DNA of 64,000 nt, taken from contig OU015569.1 in the NCBI GenBank assembly GCA_907165135.1, forward strand, positions 5,828,001-5,892,000, read 5' to 3'. The DNA is from Oikopleura dioica. Taxonomy: Eukaryota > Animalia > Chordata. The position numbers and the translations under genes were made by a program. The notes beneath the pieces are model-generated. The model was given only the letters and a program-made list of their open reading frames with translations, did not search any database and was not told where the DNA came from. Every line of letters starts with the position of its first letter. Within the stretch, counting starts at the first letter, position 1. Below, piece after piece: positions 13,022-25,779 of the stretch.

Positions 13022-16000
13022 TCACCAGTAAATGCACCATCCGGTATAATGCTGACATAAGTTTTCAATATTACGCGCTTCGTAGATAAGCCTGTCAACC
13101 TGAATGAAACACAATAAAAAAGAGAGTTTAGGTCAAGGTCTATTACCTGATCTTTCACCGAGAGAGTATTCGTATTTTCGTCTACTTCGTTGAAGTCTTT
13201 TCCCTCTAACTTTGCGGTTACCCTTTGAATCTTTACTTTCGCGTCATCGGCTTCCACCGATATTTGACCATGCTTTTGGACCCGGCGATGCTGACTTTCA
13301 GCGACGACGGGGTCTATTTTATTTGTTGATAATTAGTTAACGAAATTTTAATACCGTTAATGAAGGCTTCCAGAACAGCCAGAATGGACTCTTTATTTGA
13401 CCTGCACATGTCCATGCTCTCGAGGCAGATTTTCTTAAATGTTCCGTCGACGCCCGTTACTTCCATCGCATTAACCAGCATTCTTGTCAGTCGGAATGGC
13501 ACTTTTTCCGGCACATGTTCTCGCTTTTAGCAAGTTAGAATTGTAGGTAAAATGCTCACTTTTACCTTCATGGCGTTTTCAAAAGAATCGCCGAAATCAA
13601 TATGCGCAATCTTTCCAGAAGTAGTGATGATCAGAATGTTGCTCACGTGTCGATCGCCTAATCCTAGTATGTATCCGACCATACTCATCATGGCCAGGGA
13701 ACAGACAAAGTTCGTCCTGCGCTCAAACCAAATGTCAGCAGACGCCGACTGGAGCCATAGAATTCGCGCTAGATCGTACCCTCGGTCTTCAGTGACCTTT
13801 TGAACGTATTGGAACATTTCAACTTTTTGGAGAATTGAACAGTTTTGAATCGCAGAATCTAAAACTGCCTTTAAACCATCTGACCAAGTAATTTTTTGTA
13901 CCTTGAGGTAATCTTTCTTTTTCATGCTCCTTTTCTGGATGAGGTGTAACGTTTAATCGTTTTTGACGGATCCACTTGAGCAATTCATTGATTGTCTCTA
14001 GAGAAACAATCATTAAACCTAATCAACGTTGATTTCGAACCAGAGTTGTCTATCCATCGGACGAGACCACTTTGAAGACCGTTCTCATTAGTCATAGGGA
14101 TAATTGAGTATTTTATAACTTCGATGTCTTTCTTTCTCAAATTATTGTTCATCTTGATCAAACTATTCATAAGGTCGAATAACTGCATCACGCGCTCATC
14201 GAGTCGCAAGTCCTCCTTCCCTAAAAAGGACATGTTAAATACAGGGTAAAAAGTGGACATTAACCTTTGAGCAAGAATTGGTGACGCTGGCCGTCAGAGC
14301 CATTGATAAATATTTTCCTAGGTTTCTGCTTCGATTTGAGAATTTCAATTTCAGAAGCGACAGAATGGATTCTGACGAGATCCATTCCTGGCTGATATGT
14401 TCCCGGTATTGCCAGCTCCATATCTTTGACTTCCAGTAGTTTTGTTGAGACCTAAAAAACATAAGTTTTACATTTCAAGGCAGAAAGTAACCTTTTTCAA
14501 ATCCAACTTCGTCATGCCGCTCGCTTTATCCTTTATCTTTCGTTTAATTTCCTGATACTTCCTCATTAGATCTTCAAGATCATTTTCTGTTTCATCTCCA
14601 TTCAAAAGTCGTCTTTGAAAGATATTAAGTAAAATGGGCGTCTCAAAATAAAAGAAACCTGAGATGACGATCTGCACTGGTGATGTTCTCGTGGAAAGTG
14701 CTTTTGAACTCCACTTCAGAAAGATTTCTAGTTTGCTGCGTATTTAGAACCATCTCATGAAGACCGCGCATTCGTCGCTTTATGTATTCAATCTTTTGAC
14801 GCCTGTCGAGCTCCTGGTTGTTCTGTTGACAATAGAACTTTTGTAAGATGTCTAAAAATCTTATTACTGCATCAAAGAGTTCGACAAACCTTCCAAAGCT
14901 TCATTCCACTGATCAATCCACAACATCGCTACCGAAACAAGCTCCGTTGAAATCATTTCAGCTTCTTTAACGAGATTCCTAAAATTTCGAGTAAGAGTTT
15001 GTGATTTCGCGGTCAAGTACTTCGAATGATCACGAATGCGGTTAATGATACTTTTGGCGAGATCGCTTTGACGTTCGTTTTCTTGGGTCGCATTTTTCTG
15101 GGCATAAATGAGCGACCAAAGTATCCCTTGAGCATGCTTTTCTCCAATATGCGAGAGAATTTCTGAAGGTTGGCTAATTAAATCATTTTTATTTGAACTT
15201 TTACCTGGAATGTTATCAACTTTCTTCATATCCATGATGGCGATTAGCTGTGGAACAACTTTTAGCCAACGCTCTGGATCGCAAGAGAGCGGTTCGTTTC
15301 GAATAGTCTCTAATAACCGTCCTTCACTCGCGTGCATAAATTCAGACGTCTCTGCGTCTTCAAGGTCCTTGTTGATTTCAGCCATGATATTCAATATACG
15401 AAGCATATCCTGTAGCACTGATTTTTGTGAGAGCTTCACAGACTCGTAGAAATATTTGAGAGCATCCACGGAGAAGTTCGCGATTTCTTTGTAAATCGGT
15501 GATCGAATCTGCTTGAATAGTTCCGCTGCTTTTTCCTGATCGTCTTGACTTGAATTTTCCCGTTGGAGTTGAAGCTGTCTAACTGTAAGCGCGTCCCCTT
15601 CTCGAATGCGACGGACAGAATCCAGAGCGAAATTGGCATACGAATGAACTGCTTTATATCGTCTTTTGATGAACTCACGGCTTTGCGCATCTTTTTTATT
15701 GAGGGCGTCGATGGCTGTCATGTACAGGTCTTTGATCTCACTCACTCTCTTCGTCAGAATCGGAATTTGATTCGGCTGAGGAACAGTCGTTCTCCTCATT
15801 TCTGCCTGCCTACAGTAAGTCATCGCTAATACTATTCTTTCGTCGTCGGACATACGTTCCCGGTCGCGCAAATCCTTCAATCTGTTTTTCAGAGGTTTCA
15901 AATCGTCACACAACCGCGTGATAATTTGAATGCCCTTGTCTTCTGATTTAGGTCGCACTTCCAAATCAGGTATAGCAACATGCTTAACGTATTTGTAAAG

Positions 16001-19000
16001 CGCTCTAATTTTCAACGGGGAAATCTTCAGCGATACTTGTCGTCCTTGTATATTCTCAACAAGCCCCGGGAAACTCAGCATTTCAACATAATTCCAACTA
16101 TCGATGTTAGGCAATATCTTCTTGATTGTCTGGCGTGCGATCTCTGTTCGTCCAGATTTGGCAGCAAGTGACATGAATTTAAGCATTGATCTTTTTCGGG
16201 TGATTACACTGTGAATACTCTATGATCACAAGACTGTTATTTGTTTATTGAATATCTGTAACATATGGGTAGATGCCCTCCATGACTTCGGGAAGTCTGT
16301 CTTGACTATATAGATAATAAACCCAGTAGATGAAACTAAATAAAACGAAAGAAGAGGGAAAAATAATTCGGGAGAGATTATCAACAGAGCGAGCGAACTC
16401 TTTGTAAAATGTTGCTCCCAACGCCAGCTCTTTTTCATTAAGGGTTGTGTTCTTTGGCACAGCAACTGGAGTACTGACATCCATCATAGGTATGCTTCTG
16501 AAAACACTATGGTCACCATTATATTGACTTCAATTGATAGAACCTTCTACTAAGCGATGCGTAGTTAGAAAGCGGAAGAAGTTGCGACTGTGAAATTGAC
16601 TGAGGCATATCTTGGCCGAATCCCATGAAGGAAGAACCATACGGGCCCGAAACAGGTAAAGTTCTTCGTTCAATCCGCTTCTTTTGGAGAATTTCGAGAA
16701 AGCCAGTTTTCTGACGTGAGATGAAATTGACCGCAGCATATTCTAATAGAGCCGCAAAAACGAAAAGCATGCAGAAAGACATCCAAATGTCTATAGCTTT
16801 TATATACGACACCTTCGGCAATGAACTGGATGCTCCTGACGTCTGTGTCGTAATTGTAAGGACAGTAGTGATGCCTAGAGCTGTGCGCGCAGGGGCTGCC
16901 TCAATATTGATCCAAAAGGAAACCCAGCTTAGGACAACGATGAGCAGCGATGGAACATATAACTACAATTATCAAGTAAATGTTATAAATAAAGAAATTT
17001 ACTTGAATAAGATAGTAACCCATTTCACGTTTCAAAACAAGAATTCCTTTTAAGCAAGTGAAAGTACCAGTATTGTAAACTTTGTCACAGTTGGCTTAAA
17101 TTGGGTCAAATGAAAGAATCATATAGAAAATAATATCAAGTATCGACCCATGACAATATGATAGCCTTTGATAGAAAACTGGGGCAAAGCGAGAGTCTTG
17201 GATAGCTGGATAGCATCAGTATCTTGCCACACAAAAATCAAATCACGCTTGTCGTAACCGAACGATTCCACTAAAAATAATCGAGAAATCGCTTAGGAAT
17301 GATATTACGTTCTATATTGCATTGCTGCAGATCCATCGGGAAGATCAAAAGATCCATGTAGCAAGCCAGTGTTAGTGTTATTCTTATTGAAACGTAAATG
17401 TCACCATTTTTGTAGACCCTGACTAGCTTTTTATCGATTTTACGAAAAGGTTGCAATTTTTGAAAGTGATTTAGTTTTGAGTTTAAATCTCTTCCTTGTT
17501 ATCTTGAGTGACTTTATGAAAGTTGGCTTTCTTCTCGTTGGCGAAAAACAAATCAGGAAGCCAGAAGCGTTGGAGAATAGAGGGATGCACGACAAGGGAG
17601 TCATCATCAAAAAGCCCATCGTAACGTAAGCGAGGATCATTCCACCGCATACGGAGAAAAACATTCAAGCGATAGTCCATCGTTGTTTCGGCGATCGAGT
17701 CCATTGAATTGACAAAAATATTAATCGAAATGTTTGAAGGCCGCTGTTTATCGTTCGGGCGTATTTTATTATCATAACCCTGTAGAATCCGCTCAAGTAG
17801 AAGCGTCGGATTTTTAGAGGGCGGTATGGTCGGCTGTCTATCGTTATAGCCTGAATTCTTAACAGCGCTACGGATTTGGGCGCAAATGAAGGCCTACCGA
17901 AAACGATCCTCGATTGCTTTCGTAATCATATTCTCCAAAGGAACGGCCACGAGTATTTTCTTGACTACCATAGTAATCAAAATTATTTCTCCCTTGATTT
18001 GCAGTCTGTATATTTCTGTCATACTCTGCGGATGAGCTATATGAATCGACATTTCCGTAGGAATCGCCAGACGGGCGATAGCCATTGCCTTGCGAACCTT
18101 GAAAAGGACCCCGATTGCCGTTTCCGTAGTCTTGAAAGTTACTCTCTCCATAACGATTTTGATTTCCGTAGTCTCCAGTGTTTCCATATCCTCCTGTGTT
18201 GAAGTTGCTCATTCCAGTATTTGAGCTTTGCTCATTATACGAATTATCTATCGAAAATTAGCGAATGTATAAACCCGGCCTCACCATATTTGTTTCTTTG
18301 CTGATTAGTGTTCGACCATTTGTAGACAGCTAATGCCTCCGAAAAATATAAAAGCAAAAATCTCATTTTCTCGTTTTCACAAGTACAGTCTAAATCTGAA
18401 GCGCAGAAAAAAATAACTGATTTAATTAATTAGCGCGATTAATCACCCGTTCCTGATATTAAAGTGCTCTTCCGTGTCATCCCTGGGGATAACACCGTTG
18501 TTTTGTTGTTTCACTAATGAGCGGAGAAGAAGAATTTTCTGCCATTCTTCGATGACCAGTTGAACTCCATCTACACGACTGCCATCATCAGCTGTAGTTC
18601 CACATAGTCGACTTTCCCACATTTCTTGAATTGCGATCTGCCTTTGTCGATTCGCCGTCCGATGAACGATAACTTCTTCGAGCTCTGAGCAGAGTTGCGC
18701 GTTGAAAACAGTTACGTAAACTCTTGAGTAGTTTTTGTCTTGCATTGTGAGGGATGTTTCTAGCTCTTTACGAGCCTCGATTGTCCACTTTTTGCGTCTT
18801 CGTACTTAGAGTTCTGCACTGAATGGACAGCTCTATAGAAAGCGCCGTCGAAAGAATTAACGGGGATAATTTGGTGAAGACGCTGAAACTCGTCCCAGTT
18901 TCCCAAATGCCAAGCAGCTGTTGTTCCAAGTTTTACAGCATCAATTTTCTGATCCTCAATCTCTTCATCAAACTCGTATACCTTCGTACATAGCTCGTCC

Positions 19001-22000
19001 CACTCTCCAAGAGCCTCTAAGCAGCGCATATAACCAAGTTTGTCATACGGATTGTCATTCCCATCGGCATAAAGTGTCTTTGCTTCCTCCCATCGATTAA
19101 GCTTCTCGAACCACTCTGCACTGACCGTAATTTCATTCCCCTTTGCGAATTCAAGAACTCCCTCAGCAGCTTCTTGCTCACCTAGCTTCTGGAAACTCTT
19201 TATGAGACTTTCGGCGATTTTGCGTTCCTTTTCTTTATTATCTTTTTCGCTAGTTTTGTAGAGAAATTCCATCTCTCGATAATGCAAAGCCTTTGCATAT
19301 GCATCTGTTCTTTCTGCACAATCCGCGAGCTTGCCGATTCCGTTGAGACCACCGAAAGCCTTAAGGGATCCTCCTGGTTGGTCAAGTCTCTCTTTGTCGA
19401 TATCAGACAATTCGAGGAAATGAGCAAGATCCAAGAAAAATGACAGGATACCTCTTGGAGGATCGGTGTTCTTGCCATCGATGATTTTCAGTAGACCTTT
19501 TGTGATATGATCTCGATAAGGTTTAATAGGATCTTCTGGAATTCGCGTTGCTTCGGAACCATCAATTTGAAGCTCGCGAACAGGCTTAGGCTCTGCCCAC
19601 ATAGCGTAAAATGAGCAATTGAAGATGATCAAATTTATAGGAGTGTTATAAATCCGATCTATTCCTCGAAGACCGCGGATAACATCAGATTTGCTATGGC
19701 TCAAAAACATTTGCTGATTCGTACTTGCAAATCTTTGAAATCTTCAGGGGTTTGGCAGTCAACTTCAAACTCTTCTTTGAGCCAATTGTAATGGGCAGTG
19801 TCATGCTCGTCCTCACCCTCCTTAATCATCGATTGATCGAGAGAAAAGTCATTCTTCAGCGCTTGATCCTCGAAGATCATTTCAGGATCTTCAGATGGCT
19901 TCCATAGACTTCGAGTTCTCATTTGGAAGTAATCATCGTATTCGTCTTCCCATAGATTGAAGTGGCGCATTCCGCTACGCATCGACCTGAGACATTTTAT
20001 CGCAGTCTCTCGAAGGACATAGTCGGTTGTCAATTTAGAAGGATGATCGCCATGATTTTTTATAATGGTATGCTTGTTTGCGGCGACTTCGTACTCCAAG
20101 GCGATAAGAATCGCTTCCGAGAGAATCATAAAGTAATCAGGCATTGCAGTACGTACAATGCGTGCCTCCAGAACGACGAGTATTTCACCTCTGAGTTGAT
20201 CCGAGGACGTAGCGCTCTGCAGCATCGTTGCTAGCGGACGTAGAAGGACAGAATAATGGGCTTCGATGTAGCCGAATTTTCCTATTGCTCGGACTAAATA
20301 AATCGTCGCTTCTTCGTCCTGCGGATCGGTAGATGACTTAAGCTTCTCGAAAAGCTCGAGGATATACCGGACAGCCCATCCCATGTAATCCTTGAACTCG
20401 TATTGAAGATTGTAAGCCGCCTGATAGATAAGCTGAGCGAGTTTCTTCCGCAGAGGTGCGTGGCTTATATCTTTCTGTGTATCCATTGTTTGTCGTATAT
20501 CGTTCATAAAGGGCAAAACGCGTCGACGCATTTTCTGCAGAAGCTTTTCGAACAGACCGAGAATGTTTGATTTGATGTCTTTCTTTGCTGAGGGATCTTG
20601 TGCGATGCGATGTAACTCTGGCATTACTTTTCCTAAGTGAGGGAGGATATTTGTTCCAGCCCGTTGTATAAGCAGATCAAGAGAATGAAGAGGAGCAGTA
20701 ACATCGCCTCCATGAGAGAGTTTGGCTTTTATTAACTCAACAGCAACCCTGATGATGAATTTCTCGTCAGGGCATCTGCATTCGTTGACAAGCATCTCAT
20801 TTATACTCGTGAATCCATCTTGCTTGTCATTCTTACTGTTGGAACGGCGCTTCTTAGTTATTTCCTTATACTGGTACGGATCTAGTGCTCCCAGCCGACC
20901 AATCATTCGCAGGGCCTCCTCATTAATTTCATGCTGCATTGTTTTCTTATCTGCAGTTACCAAGGCTAACATGTCATCCATAAGCTTTCGGTGCTTGAAA
21001 TAGGGACTAATAACGTAGTTATGATGCTCGATGAGCGACGAGAGACAACGAAGTGCGGATACTTTCACAGTTGGCTCAGTTGTTTCAACCAACAGTCGGT
21101 AAATGAGCGAAAAGAAACGATTCAGGGTGCCTTTTTCTAGTCGTGGACCGTTGACAGCAGATATTGCGGATAGACAGTCAATAAGAGTGCATGTCATTCG
21201 AGGAGGGTAGCTTTGGACGTATTCGTAAGAGAGTAGTGGTTCAATTTGACGAATGGTGGGGTCAACGAAGAGAGATAACTGGGCCTGGTTTGCGTGACGG
21301 AAGAGAACCTAAGACATTTGTAAGACAATTTTAAAACCAAGAACCCAAAAGGGGAACATGGGGGTAAGATCGCCAGGGCTTGCTTTAGAGCGGCTTTCCA
21401 CGGTCATTGGGGCATGAGTGACCTCACGGCCAGGATAATCCGCTCACCGAAGTAAGGCCTTCAATAAAAGAAAAATATTTTTAGATACTTCTATTGAACC
21501 CCTTATGGTTTCTAGTGGATATCACTAGAATGCTTTTTACCTCCAAAAGCCTCGCAGAAGCTTGATCGGGCATCTGCAATTGTGTCCACAGATCATTTAT
21601 CATCATTCTAATGTGTGGCATCGTCTCTGCGGCATTCATCGCATTCAGTCGTCCAATGATTTCCATCACGGCTTCTTGCACCTCCAGTCTGTCTGTGAAA
21701 TTCTCTTCTTTTATCGGATACGGCTGGTGAATCGCGTTCATGATCCGCTCCAAGTTATGTTGATGAATGAGATATGCATCGAACTCGGGCTTCAAGGAGC
21801 GGTAAATTGCTAGCTTTAGCTGAGTCGATTGGCTTTCCTGCCTGTATGGAATGATCGTATCAGCAATTTGTAACAGTTTTCGGATAATATTAGAAATCGT
21901 TGTTTCGCCAACAAGATTGGGTCCACAGGTGGAAGAATGGATGATGAAGAGACGCAAAACCCGAGTTACTGCTTTAGCGGCAGCGATTTTCACCTGAATT

Positions 22001-24087
22001 TTTTCCTTCGGGTTGAAATATTCCTTCCAGCGATAGATGAGTTTTTTATACCGTGAGAAATCCGTAAATTCGAAACACTCTAGCGCTTTCAAAGAAGCAA
22101 TTCGCTTTCTGACGGAAACTCGGCCAAAGTCGAAATCCTCGCCATTTTTGAATGGTATCAAAACAGAAAGACTGGATAAGCAGGAGTGATCGTCCGAATA
22201 GCCATTCATAATTTGACTAGGAAGGCGTTCATTGAAGAGGTTTTTTAGCAGGACCTGCTCCATTCCATGTGAGACCTGGTCACGGGATATCTTCGAGTTC
22301 AAGGACTGAACGCATCGAATCCACGAGTCCTTGATCTCAATAAGACCGAAGGCTACGATCATGTTCAGAAATTCCTTATTCTGTGGCTTGAACCAGAGCT
22401 TCTTGTGGAGATCCGTAAGGCTTATCGAAATCAGTTCAATGCACTGGAATAATGTTGGATCACAATCCACGCTCCCCCTATTCATTTGAAAGTGAATAAA
22501 AGCTTCTTTTAGCACACTCTTGAGTTTGGGAATAACTTTAGTGTCGATCTGCTCTTCGAGAACTGTCGTCGGCCTTGTACTTGGATCAGCCAATTCCGAG
22601 TCTGACTCGCATATTAAATGAATGATCATTCCCATGCTCAGCAATGCTGTTCCCTGATTTCGTCGGACTGCTGTTTTTTGATTACCAGCAGGCGCGATCT
22701 CTTGGAGACAGTACTCAATAGTTTTGACGAAGAAGGGCTCAAACTTCTTTGGATTGAAGGCACAAAGTTTAGGCAACAGTGGAAGGAGATACGGGTGAAT
22801 ATTGATCGAGTTTTTCATCGAACGTTGGTTAAGCACGAGCGTTGAAAGGGTTTGTATGTGCTCGTCGAGAAGTCTTTCGGCAGTGGAGGAGTTAGGTTGG
22901 AGGTTGGTGAAGCGCGCGCCTCCCATGGGGTTTTCTAGCGCTTCTTCTTCTAAATCATACTTGAAAACCGCGTCGAAGAACTTCTCTGTTTTATTCTTCT
23001 GGGCACATGGATTCCATGTCTGGGCGATTCTTTTAGTCGGTTATTTACAAATAGCCTACGAAAAGAAAAATATTTTTAGTATGAATTAACCATGCCTGAG
23101 TTTTTTGAGGCAACTTTTCAATGAGTTAGTATAGTTGTTTTTAGCAGCGGAAATATCTACAAGCAGGTAGCAACATAGAAGCGGCCCTATTCGATCGCTC
23201 TCCGTATTTTTTAGTCCTTCGATGATGCTTTTGACGAGATCTTTAGGCCACGCCCGGACATCGCTGAGAGCAGTCTCACGTGAAGCTACAAGATTGAGAA
23301 TTGCTTTGAGTGCGCTAAAGGCAGCGACTCGCATTTCATTGTGCTCAGAGTTGACGGACTCGCAAACGATTTTTATGAGCTTGGCGACAATTTTATCTGT
23401 TTTTCGACTGTTTCGACGCATTGCCGAGCGAAAGTGATTCCTGTAGAAATCGATGGGGTGCTTTGAGGCCATGTGGAAGTAGAATAAGCAAGCATGGTAG
23501 CGTTTCACTTGGTCCTCGTGGAATAAGAGTTCGTCGAATTTGGACGTAGCAGGCCAAATCGCCATGCCCGACATGCAGGTAGAATATACAAGCATCATGA
23601 GCTCCGAAATCAAGATATCTTTCCTTTGAAAAGTTCTATTCTTGTTGTTGTCGTGAGCTTCCATGAGCAGTGAGGACAGACGGTTGGAAATAATAATGTG
23701 CTCTTGGAATATCTCGTGTGAGATCTTGAAGCAAATGTACGCACAGATAGCACCCGCGAATTTTGAGTCTGCACTTCCCCCAGAATTAACGATTTTCTTC
23801 AAATTAGTGGCCGAGAAGTCGGATCCTTGCCGTGCGTGGCGGTTGTCTACCAAGAGAATGAGGATTTCCTCCTGCAACTTTTCCCTGAATTCTCGCCATT
23901 CTTTCGAGGTGCGCACATTCTCCTCAAAAGTCTTCTTTATGTGCAGGTAGAATTTGCGGGCGCAAACGACGAGATCGTCGGAGTAATGGTCGCTTTGCCA
24001 GTTCTTCTTTATTTGCTGCGTCAGCTCGATCGCATATTGCAGGGCAGCGACGTTCCAGCTGTTCGACTGCAGTTCCACCGCCGACAT
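13022..24087 (-). CDS. MTOR: Serine/threonine kinase TOR, highly divergent (HEAT-FAT-FRB-kinase-FATC)
   Basis: [15 protein letters not shown] and ELEEVI...[13 protein letters not shown]; [14 protein letters not shown]; kinase [46 protein letters not shown]; [18 protein letters not shown]. Confidence 0.9.
16245..18366 (-). CDS. GLRA: Glycine receptor alpha-like Cys-loop chloride channel subunit, nested within the TOR locus
   Basis: Signal peptide, [24 protein letters not shown], Cys-loop [20 protein letters not shown], loop [13 protein letters not shown], anion-type [25 protein letters not shown], and an M4 helix. Confidence 0.92.
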
Positions 24088-24209
24088 TACAGTAATATCA
24101 TGTTCTGAGTCTACGAAAAAAATAATCAGATCTTTTAAACAAAGATTATCAGTGAATTATCAGTTATCAAATCAGTTCAGATTTACAGAATATTTGAAAA
24201 GAAGGACTT

Positions 24210-25305
24210 TTAGACCAAGTCAATTAAAACCACATCGCCGTCATCTGTTCCAGCAGCAATTTTATCCCCATTTTTTGACCATGCCACTTAAAATTGAAAT
24301 TGGGGATCGAATAGTTGCACTTTGTAACTACCTGAATTAACATCGGACAGGACAGCGACGGCGTCGCTGCTGATCCATCCACCCTCAGACTGCTGCAGTA
24401 ATCTTATTTTGTTATCAGCACAACCAGTGACTATGCCCCTCTCGCCCCAGTCGACAGAATAAATAGTTCTCTCGTGAATGCCTTGGATGTTAGCTTCAAG
24501 TTCGAGTTTTCCGTTGTTCATCGCCCAAATCCGCACGCTTCAAAGTAAATTTTCTTTAAAAACATTCCCGAAAAGTAGGCTTACCACTGATCACTACCGG
24601 CAGTTGCTAGTTTTAAGCCATCGGGAGACCAAGCGGCGCACCAAACGGTATCTGTGTGTCCTGTCAGCGTTTGCACGCAATCCCATTCGCCGTCATACTC
24701 TTTGAACAATTTCACTGTCATGTCGTAGGACACCGAGACGAGAATGCAATCGTATGGGTGGAAGCAAATATCTATTATCAATTTACGCGTCTATGATCGT
24801 CAATGCAAGAGGGAACCTTTCACATCTGCGCTATGAGAAGTGATAACGCCAGCACACTCGTAGTCCCCGTCTTCCCAGCACTCCCAGACCCAGACGGATT
24901 TATCACGCCCGCATGTGGCGAGTAAAGAGCTGTCGGCAGACCAAGAAATGCTCTTCACTTCCGACTCATGACCTAAACTGCACATTCAACTCTATTATGA
25001 GATCGATTAATTGAACCTTCTAGCTCAGCGTACTCTTCGAACACGCCGTTCTCCAACTTGTAAATGAGCACTTTTCCATTAAAACTACAGATTGCCAGCT
25101 GTTTTCCATCAGGCGCGAACTTTACTCTTCTTACCGTCCTGTCCTGCGCAAACGAGTCAACTGGGTTCAGATTTTTATCCCACAACTTCAACGAGCAATC
25201 CCCACTGGTCGACGCTAGAATGCTGTCCTTGAGACCCCATGCGACACTCCAAACGCGATCTTTGTGCATCACCTTCGACTGCGCGATTTTCAACTTCGTC
25301 TCCAT
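24210..25305 (-). CDS. CIAO1: Cytosolic Fe-S cluster assembly WD40 protein CIAO1
   Basis: [22 protein letters not shown]...[36 protein letters not shown]. Confidence 0.9.
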
Positions 25306-25779
25306 CTTAATCACCGACAGCTGTTAATTGTGAAACCTCTATAAGAAAGAGTCACAGTCTCAGGTTGAAATTTTAATGAGTGACTTTAAAGAAAGCGATT
25401 GTTGATGCATTAAAAGACAAGATTATAAAAATTGCGAGTTTATTTATTCTCGATTTCAATGAAATAATTTTATTGGGAATCCCAATTTGGGATAACAGTT
25501 ATCCAGTCACATGATTTAGCGTCCAATTTTTGTAAGAAAGTTGTGGAAGTGATTGACGAGCGCAAATAGCACCAGATCTATTGAAACGGTAATATTTCCA
25601 AGCACGCAATTTGAAATGATATTTGTTCGGAAAATATTACAGAGAAATTAAAAATTTGGGCGAAATCATGATTTGAAAAATAAAAAAATAAAAGAACAGG
25701 AATACACTGCTACGGTTTAGCCAGTGGGAACATCGTGGCAGACATAGATGAATTTGCCCTTGAAAAAAGTAGAAGGTAG

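Noticed and set aside
12934-13257. ORF suggesting TOR ends in ...TAIFDSSK
   Set aside because: It reads through an intron; splicing gives the canonical FATC end WCIYW* at 13022.
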